Part shown: positions 30,844 to 41,680 of the stretch, in pieces
Position numbering within the stretch: the stretch's first letter is position 1
Layout of the letters: each line of letters begins with the position of its first letter
Source: Nitrospirota bacterium
GTDB taxonomy: Bacteria > Nitrospirota > UBA9217
Reading direction: 5' to 3'
Assembly (NCBI GenBank): GCA_963749655.1
Contig: CAVVOB010000032.1
Location: 64,603 to 128,602 of the forward strand
Length of the DNA: 64,000 nt
Made by a program: the position numbers and the translations under genes
The notes under the pieces: model-generated
Told to the model about the DNA's origin: nothing
The model's input: only the letters and a program-made list of their open reading frames with translations
The model's database searches: none

Positions 30844-31149
30844 TCAACTCATAAGCGAAGGAGAATCAACCGCTTTGATACGCGATTTTGGATGAGGATG
30901 GTTGGGATTTTCCAGGACCCGGTCGATGGCTTCCACTACAGCTGTCTCGACCATGACCCAAGGAGACCCTATTTCTTTCTCTTCAGTCACGTCTACATAG
31001 TAGTGGGGAGGAAGATAATTAAGAGCTATTGCCGCAATATCGTTCAAGCAGCGCGAACAGCCGCATACATTGCGATAACGCTCCTTCAGGAGCTTATCCA
31101 TGACAGCCATGACACGTTCGTAATTAGCGTTTCTTACGTTACAATCCAT
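30844..31149 (-). CDS. ComFB-family protein
   Basis: N.NYERV, CGCSRCLNDIAAIALNYLPPHY, VLENP.H. Confidence 0.85.
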   Translation of the reverse strand: MDCNVRNANYERVMAVMDKLLKERYRNVCGCSRCLNDIAAIALNYLPPHYYVDVTEEKEIGSPWVMVETAVVEAIDRVLENPNHPHPKSRIKAVDSPSLMS

Positions 31150-31185
31150 CCCTGCCTCGCAAATGAAGTTCAACAAAATCTTGAA

Positions 31186-31201
31186 TGCAAAATAGATACC
31201 A
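31186..31201 (-). promoter_or_regulatory. Putative sigma54 (-24/-12) promoter
   Basis: TGGTAT-CTATT-TTGCA, GG-N10-GC, 37 nt upstream of the comFB ATG. Confidence 0.65.
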
Positions 31202-31644
31202 CAATAACAAGTCTATTTTATTGCTATATTTCAATAAATTACGGTTGGCAAAAGAAAAAAATACTTAATTATTAGAGCGATAGTGAGCATGGTGAGCGAA
31301 AACTGACATTAACATAAAGCTTCATCAATTCAACATGTTACAAATCAATAAGAATAAAGCAATAATCGTCTCGGTTATTTGCCCACCCAAGCTGTTTCAT
31401 CGCGTTCACACCCAGGTCTCGGGGTGGGGCCGATGTACCATGGCCAATTTACTCAGGACTCTATCCTGGCTAAATTTCAAGATTGCTCGTCCCCGTCTTA
31501 CGTTGTTTTTTCAGTCGAGTTACGTTATACTTCGCACGAATCGGCCGCGGTTCGACAGGGGTTATGAAACAAAAATATTGATGTTTCACAAACCTATCCT
31601 TGATTCCGGCGCGTGCACAAATGGAGAGGACGAGTAAGGAGAGC

Positions 31645-34338
31645 ATGTTGGTGAATAGCATTCAAAACAGCAACCACAGACCCGTACTGTACGTCATTGA
31701 CGGGAATTCATATATATACAGGGCATTCTATGCAGTGCGTGGTCTCACGAATTCTTCGGGCCTGCCGACGAACGCCGTATTCGGCTTTGCCAATATGCTT
31801 CTCAAAATAATCAAGGAGAAAAAACCCGACCTCCTGGCAGTGGTATTCGATCCCAAAGGCCCGACCAGGAGGCACCTCGAGTACGAGCAGTACAAGGCCC
31901 ATCGTCCGCCCATGCCAAGGGAACTTGTTCCCCAAATCCCTTATATCCACAAACTGGTGGAGGCGTTCCGCATCCCTGTATTTACCGTCGAAGGTCAGGA
32001 GGCGGATGATGTCATCGCCACAATCGCACGCAAGGCAGAGACGGACGACATCGATATAACCGTCGTCACCGGCGATAAAGACATCCTTCAGCTCGTCGGT
32101 CCGCACATCAGAGTCTACGACACGCTCAAGGAAAAAGTTTATGAGCCCCGTGATGTTGAAGAACGGTTCGGCGTCCAACCCGACCGGGTCGTAGAGATCA
32201 TGGGACTGATGGGCGATGCGTCGGACAACATCCCCGGCGTGCCGGGGATTGGAGAAAAGACGGCCCGGACGCTCATTCAGGAGTACGGGACGATCGAAAA
32301 TCTGCTGGCGCATGTACAGGATATCAAGAAGCCGAAGCTCAGGCAGGCGCTCACCGAGTCCGGGCATCTGGCCCGGCTGAGCCGCGAGCTTGCCGTCCTC
32401 AGGGCGGACGTCCCTCTTGACTTGGACCTCGATGCCCTGGTGGTAAAACAGCCTGATGATGCGGCCTTGCTCTGGCTTTTAAAAGAGCTCGAGTTTATGG
32501 CGCTGCTGAAATACGTCACGCAGAAGCCGGCTCAGGATGCTGAATTCCGGACTGTCCTCGAAGAAACGGAGCTGCGGGACCTGATCGCCCTCCTGTCGTC
32601 TTCGGGAGAATTCTGTTTCGATACGGAAACGACGTCTCCTGATCCGATGCTGGCTGAACTGGTAGGCATTTCCTTTGCCGTGAGGCCTTTCCAGGGCTAC
32701 TATCTGCCACTCGGACATGTCTATTCCGGCGCACCGAAGCAGCTCAGCATCACCCACGCTCTGTCCCTGCTTAAACCGGTATTGGAGGATCCCCGGATCA
32801 GAAAAATCGGGCAAAACATCAAATACGATCTGCTCGTACTCAGCCATTACGGGATCGCCGTAAAGGGTCTTTCCTTCGACACCATGATAGCATCCTATCT
32901 TCTGAACCCGGGCAAGCCCTCTCATGGACTGGATGCCATCGCCCTCGAGTATCTCGATTACAAGACCATGACCTACGCCGATGTCACCGGCACCGGAAAA
33001 AAGCAGATCGCCTTCTCCGAAGTGGACATCTCCACGGCGACGCGGTACTCGGGAGAGGATACAGACGTTTCGCTAAGACTCAAACAAATGCTGGCACCGA
33101 TGCTCGAGAAGCAGAATCTCGAAACCCTGTTCAGGGACATCGAGATGCCGCTCATGGAAGTACTTGCGGACATGGAGCGCGTCGGGGTCAAGATAGATGC
33201 GAACTTTCTCAAGACCATGTCGAACAGACTGGAAAAGGATATCGCCGGCATCGAAAAAACGATCTACGAGCTGGCGGGCACCGAATTCAACATCAACTCT
33301 TCGAAGCAGCTGGCCGATATTCTTTTCGGCAAGCTCGGCCTGACTCCCCTGAAAAGGACCAAGACGGGTTTTTCAACGAACGTGGACGTGCTCGAAGAAC
33401 TGGCCCCTGTTCATCCTCTGCCCGCGGAAATTTTAAGGTACCGGACCCTGGCTAAACTCAAATCCACGTACATAGACGCACTCCCTGTTATGATCAATCC
33501 CCGGACCGGCAGGCTGCACACGTCTCTCAATCAGACCGTTACCGCAACCGGGAGGCTGTCCAGCAGCGAGCCGAACCTGCAGAACATTCCGATCCGCACC
33601 GACGTGGGCCGCGAAATCAGACAGGCCTTCATTGCCGAGCCGGGATGGGAGCTGCTGTCCGCGGACTACTCCCAGATTGAGCTTCGCGTTCTTGCCCACA
33701 TGAGCGGGGATTCCGCCCTCATCAAGACCTTCCAGCAGGACGAGGACGTGCACACCAGGACCGCATCCGAGATTTTCGGACTTCCCGTCGAGGAGATCAC
33801 GTCAGAGATGCGCCGCAAGGCCAAGGCCGTCAATTTCGGCATTATCTACGGCATTTCGGCCTTCGGTCTGGCCCAGGACCTCGGGGTCTCGAACACTGAA
33901 GCGAAACGCTATATCGACAGCTACTTCAGCCGATACCCCGGCGTTCGGCTTTTTCTTGACCGGACCATCGAAGAGGCAAAAACAAAAGGCTACGTGACAA
34001 CGCTTCTCGGCAGGCGCCGTTTCATTCCTGAATTGGCGTCGACGACGGCCGCGGTGCGGAGCTTCGGAGAACGAACAGCGGTCAATACGCCGATTCAAGG
34101 GACGGCGGCTGACCTGATAAAACTCGCCATGATCCGAATCCACGCAAGCCTGGTTCAGCGGGCGTTGCGCTCCAAGATGATACTCCAGGTCCATGATGAA
34201 CTCGTTTTTGAGGTACCCGACGAAGAACTCGATGCGATCAAGGCGCTGGTCAAGGAGCAGATGGAAGGAGTACTCTCGCTGTCCGTACCGATCCGGGTGG
34301 ACATGGGCACAGGCAAGAACTGGGATGAAGCGCATTAA
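31645..34338 (+). CDS. polA: DNA polymerase I
   Basis: IDGNSYIYRAFY, EADDVI, DTETT, TGRLSSSEPNLQNIP, ADYSQIELR, LQVHDEL; start at ATG after AAGGAG. Confidence 0.98.
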   Translation: MLVNSIQNSNHRPVLYVIDGNSYIYRAFYAVRGLTNSSGLPTNAVFGFANMLLKIIKEKKPDLLAVVFDPKGPTRRHLEYEQYKAHRPPMPRELVPQIPYIHKLVEAFRIPVFTVEGQEADDVIATIARKAETDDIDITVVTGDKDILQLVGPHIRVYDTLKEKVYEPRDVEERFGVQPDRVVEIMGLMGDASDNIPGVPGIGEKTARTLIQEYGTIENLLAHVQDIKKPKLRQALTESGHLARLSRELAVLRADVPLDLDLDALVVKQPDDAALLWLLKELEFMALLKYVTQKPAQDAEFRTVLEETELRDLIALLSSSGEFCFDTETTSPDPMLAELVGISFAVRPFQGYYLPLGHVYSGAPKQLSITHALSLLKPVLEDPRIRKIGQNIKYDLLVLSHYGIAVKGLSFDTMIASYLLNPGKPSHGLDAIALEYLDYKTMTYADVTGTGKKQIAFSEVDISTATRYSGEDTDVSLRLKQMLAPMLEKQNLETLFRDIEMPLMEVLADMERVGVKIDANFLKTMSNRLEKDIAGIEKTIYELAGTEFNINSSKQLADILFGKLGLTPLKRTKTGFSTNVDVLEELAPVHPLPAEILRYRTLAKLKSTYIDALPVMINPRTGRLHTSLNQTVTATGRLSSSEPNLQNIPIRTDVGREIRQAFIAEPGWELLSADYSQIELRVLAHMSGDSALIKTFQQDEDVHTRTASEIFGLPVEEITSEMRRKAKAVNFGIIYGISAFGLAQDLGVSNTEAKRYIDSYFSRYPGVRLFLDRTIEEAKTKGYVTTLLGRRRFIPELASTTAAVRSFGERTAVNTPIQGTAADLIKLAMIRIHASLVQRALRSKMILQVHDELVFEVPDEELDAIKALVKEQMEGVLSLSVPIRVDMGTGKNWDEAH

Positions 34339-34340
34339 AA

Positions 34341-34375
34341 TCAGCTTTCAGCATTCAGCGGTCAGCTTTCAGCTT
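34341..34375. repeat. Heptamer tandem tract
   Basis: TCAGCTT TCAGCAT TCAGCGG TCAGCTT TCAGCTT directly after the polA stop. Confidence 0.85.
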
Positions 34376-34483
34376 AAAGCGAATCAAAGCCAAAGGAAGG
34401 CTGCAAAGCGGGCCGTCTTGGTCCCTACTTCCTCACGTTCGAAAATAGTAGGTGGCTATTGCCCCCCCCGATAAACGCGCCTC

Positions 34484-37400
34484 TTACTCGAACTCAAAGC
34501 GGTATTTGATGTCCGCACCAGTGTTCCCGGTCTCGTCCTTCTCGCCGACCAGCGAAAAATGCCTGTTCAGGATATACTCGAGGCTGATCATCTGTTCAGG
34601 CATAGCCGCTCCCACGTTGGACGAATAGGTGACGTACAGCTTGTTCTGGACAAGCTCCTTGCCCACGGTCAGCCGCGGCACCGAGGTGTTGTTCTGGTTT
34701 ACGTAAGGGTCCACCTGAAACCGGTCAAAACCGGTCAGTCCCCGCGCGCGGTTTTCGAATATATCCTGAAATTGACCGGTCGCAAACGAAGCAGCCTCGC
34801 CCACGCCGACGCTGGTTTCCTTTCCCGCCAGCTCCGATCCTTTCTTGCCGAGGGCGAGCATGCTCAGGATATCGCTGTCGCTCAACGACGGATCGGAAAT
34901 AAAAGTCACTGAGGCGCGATCGGCGTTGCCTGTCACTGCCAAACGGATCTGATATTCCTTGACCTGGGTCTCCGCCTGGATGTCGAGAACGGGGTTCATG
35001 CGATTGGGATCTACGAAATCGATTGATGCATGGAGCATTTTGAAATCGTTCTTACGGAAATAGACCGTCCCCTTCTCCGCTTCGATCCTGCCCAGAAGCT
35101 GCGGATGATTTACCGTACCCCTCAGGAACACATCCACAGTAAGAAGCATTTTTGCAAGATTGTTCTGGAACACGATGTTTTCCGAACCGTGGAACCGCAC
35201 GTTGATCTGCGTCTCGCCGATCCAGCCTATGTCGGTCTGTTTTTTCTGATAGAGCCCCTTGCCCACATCCACGAGCATGGTTTTCCATTCGATGATCTTA
35301 TCGTACCGCGCCTTCTTGATCGTGATGTCGCCGGAGAGCGTCTGTTCTTTCCGGTCGCCGTCGAAGTACAGATTCCCGGTCAACGTCGATGTCAACCCTT
35401 CCGGGTAGCGGACCGTTACGTTGCTGACGGACGTTTTCAGGGAAAAGTTCTGAAGCTCGATGCCGCTGAGCTGCGCCCAGCCGGAGACATCCAGCGTACC
35501 GCCGCCCATTTCTGCGGCAAAGGATTCGACGACGATCCTGCCCTGGGAAAACCGGACGTTCCCGTTCATCGCCGTAAACTTCTGGGGAATGTCCTTGATC
35601 TTCACCTCTCCCCCCCGGATTTTCAGTTCGCCGGCAACGTTGGGGTTGCTCCATTCGTCGGTGACGGCAAGCTGCAGTTCAGCGGTGCCGGCGGCATGCT
35701 CCACCTCCCGATAGAACAGCCTGAGGAGCGGAAGATTCATGGTGCCCGTTCGCCGATATGTTGAGGTCGCGCAGCAGCGTCGCGGACCCGCTGACGTTGA
35801 TGCTGGTTCCCGGACCCGCCAGATCCAGCGAGGCGATCGTGATCTTGTTGCCACGGACGAGAAACTCGGCCGGCTGCCCGTTGTCGATGCGGTAATCGCC
35901 GGCCGTCACGCCGACTCGTTGAAAGACTGCCTCGCCGCTCACCGTCGACAGGTTGAGGCCCGTTCCGTGGGCGGTGATCGTCCCCTCGGCCGATATGTTC
36001 ACCCGGCCCGCTATTTCCGGACTGGCAAAAAACAGAACAGGATTGATGCCGTCGGTGTGGATCTTGGCCTCTGCCGTCCAGGTATAAGGCTCTCGTAGAA
36101 GCCAGCGGAGCGATACCTGTGTGTTGTTCTCAACCAGTCCCGCATTCAGCGCGAGCCTGCCGTCCCTGAGCTCAGCTGCGGCATGCAGGTGCCCTACAGG
36201 CGACGTACGACAGGATAAAGACTCGACATCCAGAGTGGCGCTCGCCACAGGCGACGAAAAACTGCCTGATGAACGGATGTCGAGCGCGAAATTTCCGTCA
36301 ACGGGGACACCGGACAGATGGTCTATGGACGAGAGGCTGACATCACGGCTCTCCAACTCGGCCGCATAGGTGCCGTCGAAACCGATCCATCCCGATGCCT
36401 TTACCATACCCGTTTTTTTGTACAGGACAACCTGGGGAAAAGATATCTTTCCCGTGCTCAACGACGCTGTAATAGCGCCGCGTACAAAGGATTCTCCGTA
36501 TGCGCTGCCCGCTTCGAGGGACAGGTGTCCGCTGCCGGTATAGCGGGTTGTCGTACCCTGAAAGGTCAGTTCTCCGGTCGCCGCAATCTGAAGCGGCAGG
36601 GGTTCGTAAAATAGCGCAACAACGCTCGTCACATCGGACTGGCTGACCTTGAGCCGTGCTGTGTACAGCGGTTCGGCACCGGTAAAGTCCGCGGTCCCGT
36701 TGAAGACATATCGCGCCGCCTGCCGCCGAATCTGGATGTCGGAAAAGTCTACTTTTCTGTCCCGGTACTCCACTCCACCGCTGATGCTGTCGAACCGGAC
36801 CGCGCGGACGTCGACCGGGCCCGCGACGATCGTCCCGGCAAAGACAGGTTCCTTGAGAGCACCGCTCAGTCGTCCTTCGACGCGGACAGTCCCCGTGACG
36901 GCATCGGACGTGATAACGGACAACGTATGCCCCGCGGCTGACGACTCTGCAGCCAATCGCAGGTCGAATCCCTTGCCGGGATCAATGGTTCCCTGTGCGT
37001 GAAGCGCCAGATCGCCGGCAGTCAAGTCGGTCTGCATAACCGTGAAGACGCCGAACCGGTACCCGATGACCGCGGCCATACGATCGATGTCCAGGCGCTT
37101 CCCGTTCTTTTCCATGCCAAGATGCTCACCGTGCAGCAAAAACTCGTGATTGAGGAATTGAAAGGACAGGACAGCATCCTTCAAGGCCACCCCGCCGTAC
37201 GATATGCTGGAGTAGCCGATCTCGCCGTTTATCTGCAGGTCGGAAACTCTGCCTCTGACAACGGCGGACGCGCTGATTCGTACCCCTTTCTGCCGCGGCG
37301 ACTGTTTGAAAAGAGCCGCAATGTTTCCCAGGCTCTGGGGCCCGAACCGGTATCTTGCTTTTGAGGTCAAACTCTACCTCAGGCACGATGTTGACGCTTC

Positions 37401-38109
37401 CCGAAACGTTCAGGACGGCATCTCCCGAGGCAAATTCCAGGTCATCAAGCCGGAGCCGCCCATGGCGGTATTCCGCCGTCGCCTCGAGCATTCCCTCCAG
37501 GGCAGAGTAGCCGGAACGGGTGATCCGGACCCGCGAACTGCGGATATGTGCGCTTGCCAGATCATTCGACGGATCGAGCCGCACGATCGTATTGATGCCG
37601 GTGACTGATGCCTGGGAGGACAGCGCCGTATCAGTGTACCAGACCTGTCCGTTTTTGATCGTAACGGAATCGAGGTGCACGGAGAAGCCTGAAGCCTTTT
37701 TCCCGGAGCGGGCCAGGTTGTCCCGGATCTTTTCGATTACCGGCACGACGTTGAGCGATCCGTCGGGAGCCCGCTGGGCATAGATGCGGGGTTCAAGCAC
37801 GGTGACTGACGGCAGCCGGACCTTTTTGAACAGCAGCGACAGAGGGTTGATATAGACCCTGATCCTCCTGACGGCCGCGACTTCCCTGCCCTGTCCATCG
37901 GGCAGGGAGATGTTGCGGGCTTCGAGGAAAGGCGGAATGAAGTTTACCTTTATGAAGCCGATCCGCGCGTCGGAGCCGAGGACCTCCCTGAGCGGCTCCA
38001 TGACCAGGGGGCGGATGCGCTCCGCAAAAGAATCGGTCTGTACGTAGAACTCGACTGCTGCGAGCAGGACAAGAAATACAGACGCGATGATGATGGCAGT
38101 TTTTCTCAT
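34484..38109 (-). CDS. tamB: Translocation/assembly module TamB (AsmA-like), two frameshifts (near 35750 and 37350)
   Basis: Three consecutive beta-rich ORFs; N-terminal anchor; DUF490-like end (NPVLDIQAET, SDPSLSDSDILS, TVGK, DIKYRFEFE). Confidence 0.85.
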
Positions 38110-38275
38110 ATTCCGGTACAGCCCCTTCAGCAGCCAAACCTGCAGGGATGCAGGATAAGTCGCCGTCTTCCGATGGTTCCGCCTGTGAGTGTACCGCGAC
38201 CGCGGATCATACGAATTATCACACGGCCTTTCCGATGATCAGAGGGGAACGTTCTGTGCGCCCTGGCCCGAAGCG

Positions 38276-40855
38276 TCACGGCTGTTTATCCGGATCGGCC
38301 GCCTGTTCCGTCACTTCCAGCAGCACTTTTCTGATCTTCTCGAGGCGGAAAGGGTCGGTGATCTTTAAGCGCAGCAGATCGGTCACATAAAACGAGTCCA
38401 TGATCCGGTACCCCTCCGTCGAGATCTTTGCGGAACCGATGTCCAGATTGAGGTCGTAGAGCGCCTTTGATACATGATAGAGAAAGCCGACCCGGTCACG
38501 GGCCGTGATATCGATGATGGTGAAATGATCCGATGCTTCATTGTCGAAATCAACCGTTGTCCGGATCGCAGCCCCGCTGCGATGTCCGCGGGGATAGTGC
38601 CCCGGTTCGGGAGGCCGGGACCTGCGCATCAGCGAGGCACGCAGTTCGGTCTCCAAGCTTTCCCATGCTTCTTCATAATCGAAAAGGTTGCCCTCCGCGT
38701 CGGTGATCTGGAACGTATCGAGCATGACGCCGTTTTTCGACGTAAATACCTGTGCCCGCAGGATGTTCAGATTCTTCGCAGCGATCGTTCCCGCGGTCCG
38801 GTAGAACATCCCGTAGGCATCGTAGGCGCACACTGTCAGTTCCGTGTAGCCTCGTTCCGGATAATGGCGATGATGGATCACGAGCTGTTCATCACGCAGC
38901 CTCCGCATCATCCCCATATGGTCCAGCACCTTGCCGGTCGGCGTGTAGAGGAAATACTGCTCCGGCATGATGGCGAAGTAATCCGCGATCTCCGCTTCCG
39001 GAAGCAGCGAAGCCCCGGCAGACATGATTTTTTCTTTCTGCATCGCAAGCCGTGCCTGGTCTTCTTCTCCGGCAACGGCCTTTTTCTCCATCAAGCTGAT
39101 CGTTCTCAGGTACAGGTCCTGGAGCAGGACAGCCTTCCACTGCGTCCATGCGTTCGGATTGACCGCGGAAATGTCCGCATAGGTCAGGAGATAGAGCAGG
39201 GACAGGTTCTCACGGTCGCCCACGAGCCGGGCAAAATCGGCGATCACTTTGCGGTCCGTCAGTTCGCGCCGCTGGGACAGGGTGGTCATCGCAAGATGAT
39301 GTTTGATGAGGAAAATGATCCGTGCGCGGTCATCGCCCGTTACGCCGAGGCGCGTCAGGATCCCTTCGGCGATTGCCGCCCCTGCCTGTTCATGGTCGTG
39401 CCGGAAAGCCTTTCCCAGGTCGTGCAGCAGGACGGTAAGCATGAGCACCCATCGTTTTTTCAGCCCCTTGAATGCTTCCCCCAGCGATGCAAGCCCCGGG
39501 TAGCTGCCGGACCAGAGGTTTTGAAGGTTCCTGATCGCCAGCAGAATGTGCTCGTCAACGGTGTACATATGGTAATAATCGTGCCGCGCCAGGGACTGGA
39601 TCGCCCGAAACTCAGGCATATACCTGCCGAGGAGGCGCAGGTCCTTCATCTGCGTAAGCGTCTCGAACAGACCGTCGGGGTTGTTCAGCACGGCCAGGAA
39701 TGACCGGGCCGCCATCGGCGAGGTTCTCACGCCGTCGTCGATCCGGCAGCCGCGGATCAGCGACTTCATACGGTCCGAGAAGACGGCGTGGCGTTCCTGC
39801 GCCGTTTCGAAGGCGGACATGACGAGGGCGGGGTCGGAACGGCACAGGTCCTCCGACGCCGGCATGAGCATCCGTCCGGCAAGGGAAAAGGGTCCGATCG
39901 GCACGGTTCGCCCGAACCAGCGTCGCTGCGGTTTGCGCAGAACGGCGTCGGTGATGATGTTCGAAAATTCCCTGATGTTCCTGGCGTGAATGAAATAGGC
40001 CTTCATGAAGCGCTCGACGGCGAGCAGGTGGGCCGAATCGCGGTAGCGGAAGTCGCGCGCCGCACCCTCCTGCAGGTCGAAGGTCAGATGATCGTTCTTG
40101 CGGCCCGACAGGTAGTGGATCTCGTTCCGGATGCGCCAGAAAAAGTTACGCGACCGCTGGAACACGGCATACTGGCCCTCGGTAATGATTCCTGCGGGGA
40201 TCAGTTCCGTGATCGACCGGCACCGGAAGTGGACCAGGGCGATCCAGAGCGCCGTGTGGATGTCGCGCAGTCCGCCTTCTCCCTCTTTGATGTTCGGTTC
40301 CCGAAGATAGATGGACCCGCCGTACTTCAAGCGGGTCGCGTTCCGCTCAGCGACCTTCTCCTGGATAAAAGAAGCGGATTTCCAATAAAAAACCTCGCTC
40401 CGCATGGTCCGGAGGAACTCCTCGTACAGGGATGCGTCGCCCGCAAGCAGCCGGGACTCGAGCAGGGATGTGCGGATTTTGATGTCCTGGCGGGCAAGAG
40501 GAACGCATTCCTTTATGGTCCGAACGCTGTATCCCACGTCAAGGCCGGCGTCCCACAGCAGGTAAAGCATCTCCGGAGATCTCTGCCGGTCTGTTTCATC
40601 GCGGCAGAGAAACATAATGTCGATGTCGGAAAAGGGATTCAGTTCACCCCTGCCGTAGCCGCCGATCGCCACCAACGCGGGCATGGGTGCGGACAGTTCG
40701 AGGTCGTCGTGGATTTCCCGGAGGGTCCTGTCAATGAGCGTCGTCCTGCGCTGGACTACCTCATTGCCTCCGGTCCCGGAAAAATGCGCCTGCCGGATAA
40801 CCGCGCCTTCTTCATCGAGCAGAGCCTTGATGTTCTCTATCTGAGTGGATTTCAT
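38276..40855 (-). CDS. glnD: [Protein-PII] uridylyltransferase
   Basis: AIGGYGRGEL.PFSDID, EPNIKEGEGGLRD, HMYTVDEH, LLHDLGK, two ACT domains. Confidence 0.96.
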   Translation of the reverse strand: MKSTQIENIKALLDEEGAVIRQAHFSGTGGNEVVQRRTTLIDRTLREIHDDLELSAPMPALVAIGGYGRGELNPFSDIDIMFLCRDETDRQRSPEMLYLLWDAGLDVGYSVRTIKECVPLARQDIKIRTSLLESRLLAGDASLYEEFLRTMRSEVFYWKSASFIQEKVAERNATRLKYGGSIYLREPNIKEGEGGLRDIHTALWIALVHFRCRSITELIPAGIITEGQYAVFQRSRNFFWRIRNEIHYLSGRKNDHLTFDLQEGAARDFRYRDSAHLLAVERFMKAYFIHARNIREFSNIITDAVLRKPQRRWFGRTVPIGPFSLAGRMLMPASEDLCRSDPALVMSAFETAQERHAVFSDRMKSLIRGCRIDDGVRTSPMAARSFLAVLNNPDGLFETLTQMKDLRLLGRYMPEFRAIQSLARHDYYHMYTVDEHILLAIRNLQNLWSGSYPGLASLGEAFKGLKKRWVLMLTVLLHDLGKAFRHDHEQAGAAIAEGILTRLGVTGDDRARIIFLIKHHLAMTTLSQRRELTDRKVIADFARLVGDRENLSLLYLLTYADISAVNPNAWTQWKAVLLQDLYLRTISLMEKKAVAGEEDQARLAMQKEKIMSAGASLLPEAEIADYFAIMPEQYFLYTPTGKVLDHMGMMRRLRDEQLVIHHRHYPERGYTELTVCAYDAYGMFYRTAGTIAAKNLNILRAQVFTSKNGVMLDTFQITDAEGNLFDYEEAWESLETELRASLMRRSRPPEPGHYPRGHRSGAAIRTTVDFDNEASDHFTIIDITARDRVGFLYHVSKALYDLNLDIGSAKISTEGYRIMDSFYVTDLLRLKITDPFRLEKIRKVLLEVTEQAADPDKQP

Positions 40856-41058
40856 TGTTTGTTCCGGACCGCCCGGCGGACTTGCACGGTAAATCCGGCT
40901 GCGGCGGACAAGCGGGATATCCGCCATCATGTGGACGGGAAAGGACTGATGAAGAGAATCTCCGGGGGAAAAGTATTCCGCCCCGGACCGGAAAGATCAT
41001 CCAGATCAGTTGAACACCCGAATCGTTCGGTTGCCATCGCCTCAGTCACTGCCCGCAG

Positions 41059-41472
41059 TCAGCTCTTCTTGAACGTAATCGATTTGATTTCATCCATCTG
41101 GAGCGTGAATGTTCCGAACGAGGATTCACCGTAGCAGCGCGATTTGGCGTCCACATCGAAGCTGGTTTCCGTCCCGTCCACCAGATGAACGGTGACCTTT
41201 ACCTTGCGCTCGACCCGCTCGCCGACGGTCAGTTCACGGATCCTGTCGAAGGGCATGCTGATTTGCGCCATGCCCAGATATCCCTGGATCGTGATGCGTC
41301 CTTCCCAGCTGAACTTCTCCCCGTTAATTTTTATTCCCGATCCATCCACAACGGTTACTGCGAAGTTCTTTTCGACCCGCGGGGCGCGTTCAACCCCTCC
41401 CGTTCCCCCCATGCCGGTCAACAGTACGAATGCTGCAAGGATGAGGACCGCATACAACGAGCGATGCCGCAT
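41059..41472 (-). CDS. Exported hypothetical protein
   Basis: Signal peptide ending LTGMGG; AAGGAG RBS; weak internal repeat (V.VVDG / VHLVDG). Confidence 0.75.
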   Translation of the reverse strand: MRHRSLYAVLILAAFVLLTGMGGTGGVERAPRVEKNFAVTVVDGSGIKINGEKFSWEGRITIQGYLGMAQISMPFDRIRELTVGERVERKVKVTVHLVDGTETSFDVDAKSRCYGESSFGTFTLQMDEIKSITFKKS

Positions 41473-41680
41473 AATAAATTCTCCTTTCGGCTTGTATGAT
41501 GCTGATGGAATCAGATTACCACAGAATCCGCCGGTGTTTCAAGAAAAAAGCTTGCAAACACCTTTTGCATTGTGTAAGGTACGAAAAGACGACCCCGTCG
41601 GGGGGCCTGGTTCGCCCTTCCCGCACAGCGTTCGCTGTTGATGCGAAAATCCAATACCGAAACGCAGAGAGGTGATTTGA

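Noticed and set aside
27242-31600. tRNA-anchored genomic island carrying the cytochrome operon
   Set aside because: No integrase and no duplicated tRNA 3' end seen; the cassette lies on the 5' side of the tRNA
31320-31600. Cyclic-dinucleotide (GEMM) riboswitch or small ORFs upstream of comFB
   Set aside because: No GEMM consensus found by eye; the ORFs lack RBS and motifs. An Infernal scan would be decisive
38474-41134. 409-aa and 448-aa plus-strand ORFs
   Set aside because: Antisense to glnD
41580-41645. Possible ncRNA upstream of mazG
   Set aside because: Only short GC hairpins; no SRP, 6S or riboswitch signature
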